Assembly (NCBI GenBank): GCA_038319675.1
Contig: JBBQDM010000005.1
Span: 132,850 to 196,849 of the forward strand
Direction of reading: 5' to 3'
From: Vicinamibacterales bacterium
GTDB lineage: Bacteria > Acidobacteriota > Vicinamibacteria > Vicinamibacterales > SCN-69-37
Length of the DNA: 64,000 nt
Shown here: in pieces, positions 48,309-58,626 of the stretch
Numbering within the stretch: position 1 is the first letter of the stretch
Layout of the letters: the number at the start of each line of letters is the position of its first letter
Program-made: the position numbers and the translations under genes
The notes under the pieces: model-generated
The model's database searches: none
What the model saw: the letters and a program-made list of their open reading frames with translations, nothing else
What the model was told of the DNA's origin: nothing

Positions 48309-48874
48309 ACCGTCTCCTTCCCGACCTTTACGCCCGCACGGAATGCGGCAACTGATGACGCCACGAATTTCTGCTTGTCGCCGGCGAACTCCTCTTCGAT
48401 CGCGCGTTCAATCGCGTCGGTCGGCACCGCCTCCGTGGCGCCGATATACGCGCCGAGCATCACGAAGTTGGCCGCCCGCATCGAGCCTGCCTCCTGGGCG
48501 AGCTCGCGCGCAGGCACCGTGATCACACAGCAATCCTCACGATGTGGATCACGATCAATCAATGACTGATTGACGACAATGACGCCGCCTGGCCGCACCT
48601 TCGGTGCAAACTTCTCCAGCGACGGCAGGTTCATGGCGATCAACGCCCGCGGGCGATCCACCAGTGGTGATCCGATTGGGCGCTCGGAGAGGCAGACGAC
48701 GACATTGGCCGTGCCGCCGCGCATTTCCGGACCGTAGGACGGCAGCCAGCTGACCTCCCGCCCCATATCCATGCTCGCCTGGGCGAGCACCTTGCCCGCG
48801 AGCAGTGTGCCCTGGCCGCCGAATCCGGCCATGAGCACTTCGGTGTCCGTCGTGTGTGTCGTGGATGCAGACAT
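48293..48874 (-). CDS. 2-oxoacid:ferredoxin oxidoreductase gamma subunit
   Basis: 'VLMAGFGGQGTLLAGKVLAQA...SYGPEMRGGTANVVV'. SD ggaggag upstream. 16-nt overlap with the alpha gene. Confidence 0.85.
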   Translation of the reverse strand: MSASTTHTTDTEVLMAGFGGQGTLLAGKVLAQASMDMGREVSWLPSYGPEMRGGTANVVVCLSERPIGSPLVDRPRALIAMNLPSLEKFAPKVRPGGVIVVNQSLIDRDPHREDCCVITVPARELAQEAGSMRAANFVMLGAYIGATEAVPTDAIERAIEEEFAGDKQKFVASSVAAFRAGVKVGKETVCPRS

Positions 48875-48892
48875 ACGCTACTCCTCCAGCGA

Positions 48893-49851
<959 letters not shown>

Positions 49852-49855
<4 letters not shown>

Positions 49856-50604
49856 GTGTGTGCTCCTTGGAGTCGTCCGAGAACGCGGGGCCGTGGCACG
49901 GCCCACGGCGGAGTCATGAGGCGCGTCATGCGCAGGATAGGGGCGTCAATCTCGGCCAGCTCCGGCGCGTCAGCCAGAGCGTCCATCACGGCCACAAGGC
50001 GGATGGGGACTCCGCTCTCGTCAGACACCGCTTGTCCCAACCGCCAGCCATCGAGGATCGTGGACGGCGTCGTCTCATCGATCAGGTGGGTATTGACAAG
50101 CCAGCCAGTCACGCGCCACCGGGAGGACGTTTCAATCTGGTGTCGCATGGCCAGACAGCCGGCGACCGTATCGGTGAAGGGGCGCTTGGCGTTGATCACC
50201 TGCCACAACTGGTAGTCGCCCTCCCGTACGCGCGGGCGCAGGGCCGCCAGTGCCCGCGCACCGACGTCGTCGCCGCCCACATCAAACAGCGAGATCGTGC
50301 CGTCCTTCGGATGCAGCATCCCGGCGATCTCCGGAAGGACGATCGGCAGGTCGGCAAACGCCTGGGCGCCCGGAGGCACGACCACACGGATGCCATGCGA
50401 CGACATCAGGTCGGCGGCTTCGCGACAGCGGAAGTAGGGGTTGACGAGGTCGAGATCGGCGATGTGGACGGTGGTGCCGAGGCGGGAGAGATACAGGGAC
50501 AGATTCACCGCGACTTCGGTTTTTCCGGAGCCGTAGTTCCCGACGATCGCGATCAGGCGATCGCCGGAGAGGACAAGGTCTTGGCGAACGACACCTGGGT
50601 CCAT
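49852..50604 (-). CDS. uncharacterised P-loop NTPase (MinD/ParA/CooC-like SIMIBI class)
   Basis: Deviant Walker A context 'IAIVGNYGSGKTEVAVNLSLYLSRLG', then 'VHIADLDLVNPYF' and 'LFDVGGDDVG'. 250 aa. First gene of the OFOR operon, in a GTGA overlap with the delta/beta gene. Confidence 0.6.
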
Positions 50605-50677
50605 ACCACCCTTCCGGCATCATACGCCTGTCGCCCTGTCGTTGCACGCCCGTTCAAGAACGTGTCGTTCTGAAACT

Positions 50678-50715
50678 CCGAAGGGCCCGGCCGCTGACGC
50701 GCCCGGGCCCTTCGG
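50678..50715 (-). terminator. hairpin downstream of the BON gene
   Basis: 13-bp perfect arms ccgaagggcccgg (50678-50690) / ccgggcccttcgg (50703-50715). On the minus strand it is followed by aguuuca. Confidence 0.55.
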
Positions 50716-50735
50716 CGTGTGATCTGGTCTGGGGA

Positions 50736-51365
50736 CTACGCGCCCGGCTTGATGACCAGCTGGTTCCTGACGTTCTTGACGCCATCGGTGGACGTGGCAA
50801 TCTCTCCGGCCTTTGTTTTTTCGGCCGCCGTCGCGACTGAACCGCGCAGGGTCACGACGTTGTTCTGAACGTCGACGTTCAAGCTGCCGCCTGGGAACTC
50901 ACCCTCCGAGAGCAGTCGACTGCGGATTTTTGTGTGAATCCACGCGTCATCCAGAGAATCGCCAATCGAGTCGGACGTCGTCACGGCACGCTCGCGCGCC
51001 TCGCGCGCCATCTCGTCCGTGTAGTCTGCACGCTCAACCTTGCCCGGGTCGACATCGATCTTGTCGGTAATCACCAGGCCGGGGTGAGCTGTCTTGGCTG
51101 CCTCAACCGCTCGCGTTCGCAGGCTTTGGGTCGGCACGTCGCCCGAGAGTGTCACCGTGTTGTTGTCCGCGTCCGCGTCCACATCGATGTCGTAGACCGC
51201 CAACGCGGCGTCACCGCTGATCTTTGCCGTCACCAGACGATCGAGCTCGTCGTTGCTCATTCTTGGCGCAGCCTCTGGTTCGGGCGGCGGGGTGGTACAC
51301 GCGGTCAGCCCCGTCACCAGCGCCAGCACACCAATCATTGAAAAGAAACGTCGCTTGCATTGCAT
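50736..51365 (-). CDS. BON-domain lipoprotein (OsmY-like, two BON domains)
   Basis: 'MQCKRRFFSMIGVLALVTGLTAC' lipobox. Two units ending 'NNTVTLSGDVPTQSLRTRAVEAAK' and 'NNVVTLRGSVATAAEKTKAGEIA...GVKNVRNQLVI'. The ATG at 51365 is preceded by gaggg. The ORF start at 51455 is rejected. Confidence 0.8.
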   Translation of the reverse strand: MQCKRRFFSMIGVLALVTGLTACTTPPPEPEAAPRMSNDELDRLVTAKISGDAALAVYDIDVDADADNNTVTLSGDVPTQSLRTRAVEAAKTAHPGLVITDKIDVDPGKVERADYTDEMAREARERAVTTSDSIGDSLDDAWIHTKIRSRLLSEGEFPGGSLNVDVQNNVVTLRGSVATAAEKTKAGEIATSTDGVKNVRNQLVIKPGA

Positions 51366-51613
51366 ATCGTTATCCCTCTGCATCTCACCGGCATGGATGC
51401 CGGATGTTCTTTGAGTGTAGGGAGTGCCCGGACGGGCGACTGTCTCAGAGTGCACAACAGCTGCGGCGCGGTAGTCGTTTTATTGGCGAAATCCGCACTT
51501 ACCTCCGAAAAAACCCTCGGCGGCGCCGAACTCATGCGACGCTAGATGCGCAGCCCGGCGGCGGAACCCGGCAGGATGCCCAGGTTCAACCACAGGCCAC
51601 GAATATACAAACG

Positions 51614-52468
51614 ATGAGCTCCGACGATCTCAAGACATTGCAGCACACCCCCGGCGTCGCCCCCTGGCGGCTCCGTCTCGCCGAACGGGTCGAGTCGGCT
51701 CCGGCGCAACGATTCATCATCGGTGCGATTCTCGTCAACGCGGTGGTTCTGGGTTTGTATATCGACCCAACCCTGTTCCCTGACAGCACCAGGCTGTTCC
51801 TCGCGATCGACCTGGTCTGTCTGGCCATCTTCGCCGTCGAGCTCGTGCTGAAGCTGGTGGCCTATCGGGCCGGCTTCTTCCGCAGCGGCTGGAACATCTT
51901 CGATTTCCTCGTGGTCTCCATCGCCCTTGTTCCAGGACAAGGCGTACTCTCGGTGCTCCGGACGCTGCGGGTGCTGCGGGTGTTGCGCCTGCTCACCGTG
52001 GTGCCCAGTCTGCGGAAGGTGGTCGCGGCCTTTATCCACTCCATCCCCGGACTTGGGGCCGTGGTCCTGGTGATGGCGATCTTCTTTTACGCCGCCGCCG
52101 TGATGGCCACGGGGTTCTTCGGCAGTGATTTTCCTGAGTGGTTCGGCAGTATTGGCAAGAGCCTCTACACCCTCTTCCAGGTCATGACCCTCGAGAGCTG
52201 GTCCATGGGCATCGTCCGCCCGGTGATGGCGTCGTATCCGCTCGCCTGGGCGTTCTTTGTGCCCTTCATCATCATCGCCACCTTCACGATCCTCAATCTC
52301 TTCATCGGCATCATCGTCTCGACGATGCAGGAACTCTCGGTCCTGCCAGACCAGGACGAGGCCAACCGCGAAACGCACGAAATACTCGAACGGATCGAGG
52401 GGGATCTCGCCTCCTTGCGGAAGCAGATTCGCGGCGGTGGCCTCAAGGCAGAAGACCTCCCCATGTGA
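51614..52468 (+). CDS. bacterial voltage-gated sodium channel (NaChBac/NavAb family, single 6-TM domain)
   Basis: S4 'LRTLRVLRVLRLLTVVPSLRKV'. Selectivity filter 'FQVMTLESWSMG'. C-terminal coiled-coil-like 'ETHEILERIEGDLASLRKQI'. 284 aa from ATG 51614. The ORF start at 51224 is rejected. Confidence 0.9.
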   Translation: MSSDDLKTLQHTPGVAPWRLRLAERVESAPAQRFIIGAILVNAVVLGLYIDPTLFPDSTRLFLAIDLVCLAIFAVELVLKLVAYRAGFFRSGWNIFDFLVVSIALVPGQGVLSVLRTLRVLRVLRLLTVVPSLRKVVAAFIHSIPGLGAVVLVMAIFFYAAAVMATGFFGSDFPEWFGSIGKSLYTLFQVMTLESWSMGIVRPVMASYPLAWAFFVPFIIIATFTILNLFIGIIVSTMQELSVLPDQDEANRETHEILERIEGDLASLRKQIRGGGLKAEDLPM

Positions 52469-52506
52469 TCGGTCGGGTCTGAGGTTCGGAGACTCCTGCC
52501 CGATCA
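52466..52506. terminator. imperfect hairpin spanning both stop codons of convergent genes
   Basis: gatcgg (52466-52471) pairs with ccgatc (52499-52504). An inner gggtct/agac-t-cc stem has one bulge. No U-tract. Confidence 0.3.
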
Positions 52507-55479
52507 GCGCCCCTCGTTCTTCTTGAGGAACGGCACGCCGTCCTTGAGCCACGGCGGGGCCTCGGCGCCACGCAGGTAGTGATCGAAGAACTCGAAGAAG
52601 CGCTTGGTCAGATCCTTGCGATTGGCGAGGCCGCGCAGGCCGTGGCCTTCCTCCGGATACGCAAGCAGCACGGCGTCCTTGTTGAAGAAGCGCAGCGCGT
52701 TGTAGTAGTTCAAGCCTTCGCTGAAGCCCACGGTGGGATCGGCCGTGCCGTGCATGATGAGCACCGGCGCCGTGACGTCCTTGACGTGCGAGATGCCCGA
52801 TTCATAGCGGTACACCTCGGGCTTGTCCCACGGCGTGAAGCCCCAGCGACCTTGACCGAACATGTAGTAGTCGTGGCCGTTGGCGCCACTGCCGCCGTTG
52901 ACCTGGTAGGACCAGCCCCAGCTTTGATTGAAGTCGGAGTACAGGTCGGTGACGCCGGCGCCCATGCCGACGGCTGCGAACATCTTTGAGCGCCCGGCAA
53001 TGAACGCCGCGCCTTCGCCGCCGTAGCTGTGACCAGTCACGCCAATCCTCGCCGGATCGGCGTAGCCGAGTTCGATGACCTTGCGGACCGCGGCCTCGAC
53101 ACACTCGAGCATGTCGGTGTGCGACGAGCCGGTGCGGAAGTGGATGTCCGGCAGCATCGTGATGTAGCCGCGGCTGACCGCTTCAATTGGTGACGCGCCC
53201 ATGCCCGTGAGATACGACGGCGCCGAGTACCGGTTGAGGTTCTGCGAGTTCTTCTCGTAGAACGTCACCAGCATCGGTCGCTTTTCGCCCTGCTTGTAGT
53301 CGTCAGGCAACGCCAGGATGCCCTGCAGGCGCACACCATCCTTGTTTTTGTAGTCGAACAACACGCGACGACCCCACAGGTATTCCGCCTGCTGCGGGTT
53401 GGCGTCAGAAATCTTGCGCGACTCGCCGAAGTTGGCGCCCGACACACGCAGGTCGGGGAACTCGATGAATGTCTGCCGCGTGAAGAGGTAGGTATCGGCC
53501 TTGGCCGCGCGTGACGGATTGCTGAACGACGCGTCCTCGAACACGATCGGCGTCAGTGTGCCGCCCTCGAGTCGGTAGAACCCCGCCTGCTTGGTGTATT
53601 CGCCGTACGCCGTGAGCGTGAGGGGTGTGGTCAGGTCGAACTTCTCACGCGCCGCGGCAATGCCGCCGGGGCCGTAGTCGGCTTGTGGATCGAGCGGTTC
53701 GGTACGCACGATGCGGAAACGCACCTCGCGCTTGGTGCCTTCACCATTGGTCAGGTTGCGACCGGCCGATCCATCGAGCGGCAGCGACCAGAGATCGAAT
53801 CGGTGCTGCACGATCACCGAGGTGCCGTCCGGTGTGTATCCCGCAACGCCATACGAGGGACGCGGACCAGGGCGGTCGAACTCCATGTCCACAAAACTCA
53901 CGGGCTTGGGACCCCCCAGTGTCTGTGTCGCGCCGGAGTCGAGGGCCCAGCTCTGGATGTTCTGATCCTTCCAATAGAGGAAACGTGTGCCGTCGGGAGA
54001 GATGCCGAATACGTGACTGCCGGTCAGCTGGCCCTTGAACATGAGCGTGCGCTCACCGGTGGTCACGTCCACCCGATAGAAGTCGGCTGCCGGACGCTGA
54101 TAGTCGTGAATGTAGGTACTTGAATCTCGGCCCACCGCCCATCGGCCCGTGAGCGGAAGCTCGATGTCGCGCATCTTCTCGTCCGTCAGCGGTACGAACG
54201 CGCGACGCTCGATGTGGAACGCCTGACGATACGTCGCATTCTGGTCCGTCGCTGCACGAATCATCTGCACCGACTGCACACGCTCATCACGGGTGTGCCA
54301 TACATCGACATCGGCGTCAGTATCGGCGTTGCGCCGCGGCGTCTCCACCACGGGAATCTGGGGTTTGCTGCTGAAGTACACCAGCCGCGCATCGTCGCTC
54401 CACGAGATCGCCGCCCGGTCGCTGATGACCCAGTCGGCGGGGAAGCCGGTCGCGGTGGAGGGATCGAAAGTGACCGGCTCGCCGGCCACGTCCGGATACA
54501 CCAGCAACACGTTCGGGCGCTCTCGCATCTTCTCGATATCCGCTCCACGCAGAACCGCCAGCCCGGAGCCACGGTTGTTCCACGTCAGCCGCGTGTACCG
54601 CGCGGCATGATTGTCGAGTGTGACCACTCGTCCCTCCGTCAGTTCGAGCAGAAACAGGCCGTTGCTGTCCTTGACGGCGGCATCCACGGTGTAGGCGAGT
54701 CGTTCTCCGCTCCGGTTAAATACGCTGTCGCCAACGCTGCCCAGCAGGAAGTCGCGACCGGTCGTCAGATTGTGGATGGTGACGTCCACGCCGCGAGGCG
54801 CGGGTGGGGCTCCGGCCGCTGGCGGCGCCGCCGCTGCACCTCCTCCAGCTCCACCAGTTTCACCACTGCCGCGTCCGCCGGCGCCGGCTGCCTGGACCGG
54901 TCGCCGCCGCAACAGCAGGTGGGTGGAGTTGCTTGAGAACTCGAAGCTCGCCACGTCCTGCCAGGCACGAACCGCACCGGTGGCCAGGTTGCGCAGCTCC
55001 ACACGACGGGGTTCGGCCGGTGGAGTGGCCGCAGCGCCGCGACCTTGTGGCGTCGTTGACGGCGGTTCCGTCGGGGGCGTGGTCGGAGGCGTGGTCGGCG
55101 TCGGCGTGTCCGGGGCTCCGCCACCGCGTGCCCCTCGGCCACCCGCGCGTCCTCCGCCTGACGGATCCACGGTGTACGCCAGCCACTTCCCATCGTCGGA
55201 GAAGGTGCCGCCTGTGGCATGGGCCACCGTGATCTCCTGACCGGTCGAGAGGTTCAGCAGCCGCAACTCGGGCTTGGCGTCCGCAGTCGCCGTGTTGGTG
55301 AACTGCAGGGTGTACGACACCCAGGTGCCATCACTCGAGAGCGCCTGACTGCCGATGCTGCGCCACTTCGGGTAATCGTCGAGCCCGAGCACCTTCTTGG
55401 TCTGGGCGAGGGGGAGGGCCGTGGCCGCGACAAACACGGCCACGAGGCACAGGAGACGGAGGCGGAGCGGTGACGTCAT
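52504..55479 (-). CDS. S9-family serine peptidase (prolyl oligopeptidase/DPP-like) with N-terminal beta-propeller and Gly/Arg/Pro/Thr-rich insertions
   Basis: Catalytic contexts 'VTGHSYGGEGAAF', 'IMHGTADPTV', 'YPEEGHGL'. Signal peptide. The N-terminal half has TolB/DPP-IV-like repeats ('SDDGKWLAYT', 'SPDGTRFLY', 'TPDGTSVIV'). Confidence 0.9.
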   Translation of the reverse strand: MTSPLRLRLLCLVAVFVAATALPLAQTKKVLGLDDYPKWRSIGSQALSSDGTWVSYTLQFTNTATADAKPELRLLNLSTGQEITVAHATGGTFSDDGKWLAYTVDPSGGGRAGGRGARGGGAPDTPTPTTPPTTPPTEPPSTTPQGRGAAATPPAEPRRVELRNLATGAVRAWQDVASFEFSSNSTHLLLRRRPVQAAGAGGRGSGETGGAGGGAAAAPPAAGAPPAPRGVDVTIHNLTTGRDFLLGSVGDSVFNRSGERLAYTVDAAVKDSNGLFLLELTEGRVVTLDNHAARYTRLTWNNRGSGLAVLRGADIEKMRERPNVLLVYPDVAGEPVTFDPSTATGFPADWVISDRAAISWSDDARLVYFSSKPQIPVVETPRRNADTDADVDVWHTRDERVQSVQMIRAATDQNATYRQAFHIERRAFVPLTDEKMRDIELPLTGRWAVGRDSSTYIHDYQRPAADFYRVDVTTGERTLMFKGQLTGSHVFGISPDGTRFLYWKDQNIQSWALDSGATQTLGGPKPVSFVDMEFDRPGPRPSYGVAGYTPDGTSVIVQHRFDLWSLPLDGSAGRNLTNGEGTKREVRFRIVRTEPLDPQADYGPGGIAAAREKFDLTTPLTLTAYGEYTKQAGFYRLEGGTLTPIVFEDASFSNPSRAAKADTYLFTRQTFIEFPDLRVSGANFGESRKISDANPQQAEYLWGRRVLFDYKNKDGVRLQGILALPDDYKQGEKRPMLVTFYEKNSQNLNRYSAPSYLTGMGASPIEAVSRGYITMLPDIHFRTGSSHTDMLECVEAAVRKVIELGYADPARIGVTGHSYGGEGAAFIAGRSKMFAAVGMGAGVTDLYSDFNQSWGWSYQVNGGSGANGHDYYMFGQGRWGFTPWDKPEVYRYESGISHVKDVTAPVLIMHGTADPTVGFSEGLNYYNALRFFNKDAVLLAYPEEGHGLRGLANRKDLTKRFFEFFDHYLRGAEAPPWLKDGVPFLKKNEGR

Positions 55480-55514
55480 GCGGGAAATACTACCTTTCTT
55501 GTAGACTCAACGAC

Positions 55515-56561
55515 ATGTTGAAGCGTCTTTCGTCCGTCTGTGTACTGGCCCTGGTCGTGACTGCCTGCGGCTCCACCCCTCCCGCCGCGCCCGGGCCCGA
55601 TGTCTGGGCCGTGGTCAACGGCACCGAAATTCGTCGCGACCGTGTGGAGCGGTTCTACGGCAGCATGGTCGCCACCAGCGAGGCGACGCCCTCCGAGGAA
55701 GAGGCCATCGGCGCCAAGTTGGGACTTGTGGACGAACTGATCACCGACGCCCTGCTGATCGCCAGAGCCACGGAGCTGAAGATTGTTCCGACCGCTGAAG
55801 AGATTGACGCTGCCATCGCCGAACGTCGCGGCACATTGAGCGATGCCGACTTCACCCGGGAACTCGAGGCCCGCAAGACCACGGTGGACGAATTCCGTAA
55901 CGAGGTGACCCTGGAAGTGACCAAGGCCAAGGTCATCGAGCAGGAAGTCACCAACAAGGTGACCGTCACCGATGACGAAGTGACCGCCTACTTCAACACC
56001 AATCGCGCGCAGTTTAATGTGCCGGAGCGCCAGTACCATCTCGCACAGATCGTCGTGTCTGCCACGCCGACGCAGGTCAACAATCAGCAGAATGACGATG
56101 CGCGGTCGCCGGCGGAGGCGCAGCGCAAGCTGGAGATGATTGCGGAACGGTTGAAGGCGGGTGAGAGTTTTGCGGCGTTGGCGGCGAACTTCTCGGAGGA
56201 TTCAGCCTCCGCGCCCAACGGCGGCGACCTCGGTCTTGTCGGTCAGTCACAGATCGACCAGGCCGCGCCCGCATTGCGGTCGGCCGTCATGCAGATGAAA
56301 CCAGGCGGGCTCAACTCTCTGGTCAACGGACCGACCACCACGCTCTTGGCGCTCATCAGAATCCTTGAGCCGGGACAGCGCGAGTTGAGCGATCCGGAAG
56401 TGAAGGACGGCATCAAAGGGGCGCTGCAGGAGCGTCGGGTGCAGTTGCTGCGCGGCGCGTATCTGGCTCGGCTGCGTGACGAAGCGACGATCGTGAACTA
56501 CCTCGCGCGTCAGGTCGTTGAGGCCCAGGGCAAGCTGCCGACCGTCGCCGCGGTCCGCTAG
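55515..56561 (+). CDS. SurA/PpiD-like peptidyl-prolyl isomerase (parvulin domain) lipoprotein
   Basis: 'MLKRLSSVCVLALVVTAC' lipobox. 'VWAVVNGTEIRRDRVE' (SurA_N-like). Parvulin signature 'FAALAANFSEDSASAPNGGDLGLV'. Confidence 0.8.
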   Translation: MLKRLSSVCVLALVVTACGSTPPAAPGPDVWAVVNGTEIRRDRVERFYGSMVATSEATPSEEEAIGAKLGLVDELITDALLIARATELKIVPTAEEIDAAIAERRGTLSDADFTRELEARKTTVDEFRNEVTLEVTKAKVIEQEVTNKVTVTDDEVTAYFNTNRAQFNVPERQYHLAQIVVSATPTQVNNQQNDDARSPAEAQRKLEMIAERLKAGESFAALAANFSEDSASAPNGGDLGLVGQSQIDQAAPALRSAVMQMKPGGLNSLVNGPTTTLLALIRILEPGQRELSDPEVKDGIKGALQERRVQLLRGAYLARLRDEATIVNYLARQVVEAQGKLPTVAAVR

Positions 56562-56573
56562 TTTTTCGCGCTC

Positions 56574-56611
56574 AAAAAAAACGGGGAGGCACGGCGTGTG
56601 CCTCCCCGTTC
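56574..56611. terminator. bidirectional intrinsic terminator
   Basis: 12-bp perfect stem acggggaggcac (56581-56592) / gtgcctccccgt (56598-56609), loop ggcgt. Flanked by aaaaaaa on the 5' side and tt on the 3' side, between convergent genes. Confidence 0.8.
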
Positions 56612-56631
56612 GTGTGTACGGCGTGCCGGTG

Positions 56632-58626
56632 TTACTGCTGGGCGGCCGCGAGGTCGTTGACCGCCGTGACGAGCATCCGCATCTTGGCCTGGTCGGCGGC
56701 TCCGGCCACCTGCCCATTCAACTGCGTGCCGAGGGCCTGCAGGGCCGTGCGGCGTGCCGCACTTGTGCCACCCTCCGCGGTCGTCAGTGCCGTTCGCGCG
56801 GCCGCGATGTTCTGCGCTGAGAGGCCGTTCGACCGTTCGAGCTGGTCGAGGAAGGCGCGCGCCATCGCAAAGGAGGGCGGCCAGGTCATGCGCTTCTGCT
56901 CCTGCGCGTTGGCTTCGTCGAACACCACCGTGCGCGCCGCATCAATCTCGTTCTGCGAGATGTGGGGCGTCGGCATCAGTTCGTAGACGTCAAGGCCGCG
57001 GGCGATCTCGGAGCTGTAGATCAACCCGTTGTACCAGTAGACCGACCACGAGCCGGCCGAGGTCAGCCGCCCATCCTCAAGCGGACCGCGATCGAAGTAC
57101 GCGAGTTCGAACGGCTTCTTCGGGTCGGTCCAATCGAAGACCGTGATGCCGCCCTGGTAGAAGCCCTGCACCATCACGTCGCGACCCGGGATCGGAATCA
57201 GCGATCCGTTGTGGGCGACGCAGTTCTCCCATTCGGTCTGCGCGGCAGGCATCTTGTAGTAGCTGTGGAACACGAGTTTTCCGCGTTCGACGGTGAAGAT
57301 TGCGTTGGCGCCCCACTCAAGGCGGTCTTCCGCACGGCAGCGCGGTGCACGACCGCCGCCCCATTCGTCGGAGAACAAGACCTTCGTGCCGTCGTTGTTG
57401 AACGTCGCGGAGTGCCAGAACGCCATGTTCGGGTCGCCCGCAAAGTCCATGCGCACCGGGTGCGCCACTTCACGAATGTCGAGCAGCAGGCCGTAGCCGC
57501 CACACGCGCCACCGGCGAGGCCGGCTTCCGGATACGTCGTAATGTCGTGGCACTGATTGGGACCCGTCGGGGGGCCGCCACGGCCGCCCGCACGACCGGC
57601 AGCGGCAGGCGCACCTGCGGCACCCGCCCGTCCGGCACCCGCTGCGGCTGCACCAGCCGCTGCGCCTGCATCACCGCCGCGTCCCGCGCCACCGGCACGG
57701 GCCGGTTCAGTGCGTCGGGGAGGCGGCGCCAGGTCGTTGAAGATGCGCGCGTAGTTGACGACTTCCGCCTTCTCGGGCGCCGCGAGCGGCACACGAATCA
57801 CTTCGACGCGGAACCGTGAGGTGTCGGGATTCTCGGCCATGTTGCCATCGGCGCACCCCGGCAGTTCTTCCGCCGACCGCACGCCGGACGACCCGGAGAT
57901 GTACACGTAGACGGCTTCCTTGTCATTCGGATCTTCGGCGACCGAGTGGGTGTGTGATCCACGGCAGGTCTGCACGTTGGAGACGTACTTCGGATTGCGG
58001 ATGTCCGAGATGTCGAAGATCCGGATCCCGCGGATCCGCTCCTTGCTCACCGGCTCGGGCACACCCTGCGTGCCGCAGTCGAGTCGGGCCTGCGTGCCTT
58101 CCGACGACACGAACAGCAGGTGCTTGAAGACCGACACGTCGTTCTGGGACGCGGGACACACATAGTCACGCACCAGCACCGGCGCGGCCGGATTCGAGAC
58201 ATCCCAGAACAGGATGCCGTGGTAGTTGCCCTGGATCACGTAGTTGCCCGTGAACGCGAGGTCGGAACTGGTGATGCCGCGGTACGCCTCGGGCGGCGGG
58301 GTGTTGGACACCAGCCGCATGTTCCAGGCGGTCTGGGCCGCATCCCAGTACCCGGCGCGCAATCCGATGCGCGGATCGGGTGAGGGCGCGGCGGCCGAGA
58401 CGATCGGCGTGACCGGCGCGGGCATGGTGGCGGGCAACGCCGGCACAGCGGGGGGCTGTGCGGCCGCGCCGCGACCGCCCGCCGGGGGCTGGCCGGCCGC
58501 CTGCCCTGTGGGTGGTGTCGCCTGAGCGGTGACGGCGGACGTGGTCACTGCCACGGTGCCGACAAAGGCCACCGCGCCGGCGGCGACGGTGGTGATGAAT
58601 CGGGTGGTCAATCGTGCCTGTCTCAT
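56632..58626 (-). CDS. secreted LVIVD-repeat-like beta-propeller protein with Gly/Ala/Arg-rich insertion and helical C-terminal tail
   Basis: 'NYVIQGNYHGILFWDVSNPAAPVLV', 'VSVFKHLLFVSSE', 'IRGIRIFDISDIRNPKYV', 'VYVYISGSS', 'GYGLLLDIREVAHPV' are LVIVD-like blades. The tail 'ARAFLDQLERSNGLSAQNIAAARTALTTAEGG...' is helical. Confidence 0.55.
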   Translation of the reverse strand: MRQARLTTRFITTVAAGAVAFVGTVAVTTSAVTAQATPPTGQAAGQPPAGGRGAAAQPPAVPALPATMPAPVTPIVSAAAPSPDPRIGLRAGYWDAAQTAWNMRLVSNTPPPEAYRGITSSDLAFTGNYVIQGNYHGILFWDVSNPAAPVLVRDYVCPASQNDVSVFKHLLFVSSEGTQARLDCGTQGVPEPVSKERIRGIRIFDISDIRNPKYVSNVQTCRGSHTHSVAEDPNDKEAVYVYISGSSGVRSAEELPGCADGNMAENPDTSRFRVEVIRVPLAAPEKAEVVNYARIFNDLAPPPRRTEPARAGGAGRGGDAGAAAGAAAAGAGRAGAAGAPAAAGRAGGRGGPPTGPNQCHDITTYPEAGLAGGACGGYGLLLDIREVAHPVRMDFAGDPNMAFWHSATFNNDGTKVLFSDEWGGGRAPRCRAEDRLEWGANAIFTVERGKLVFHSYYKMPAAQTEWENCVAHNGSLIPIPGRDVMVQGFYQGGITVFDWTDPKKPFELAYFDRGPLEDGRLTSAGSWSVYWYNGLIYSSEIARGLDVYELMPTPHISQNEIDAARTVVFDEANAQEQKRMTWPPSFAMARAFLDQLERSNGLSAQNIAAARTALTTAEGGTSAARRTALQALGTQLNGQVAGAADQAKMRMLVTAVNDLAAAQQ

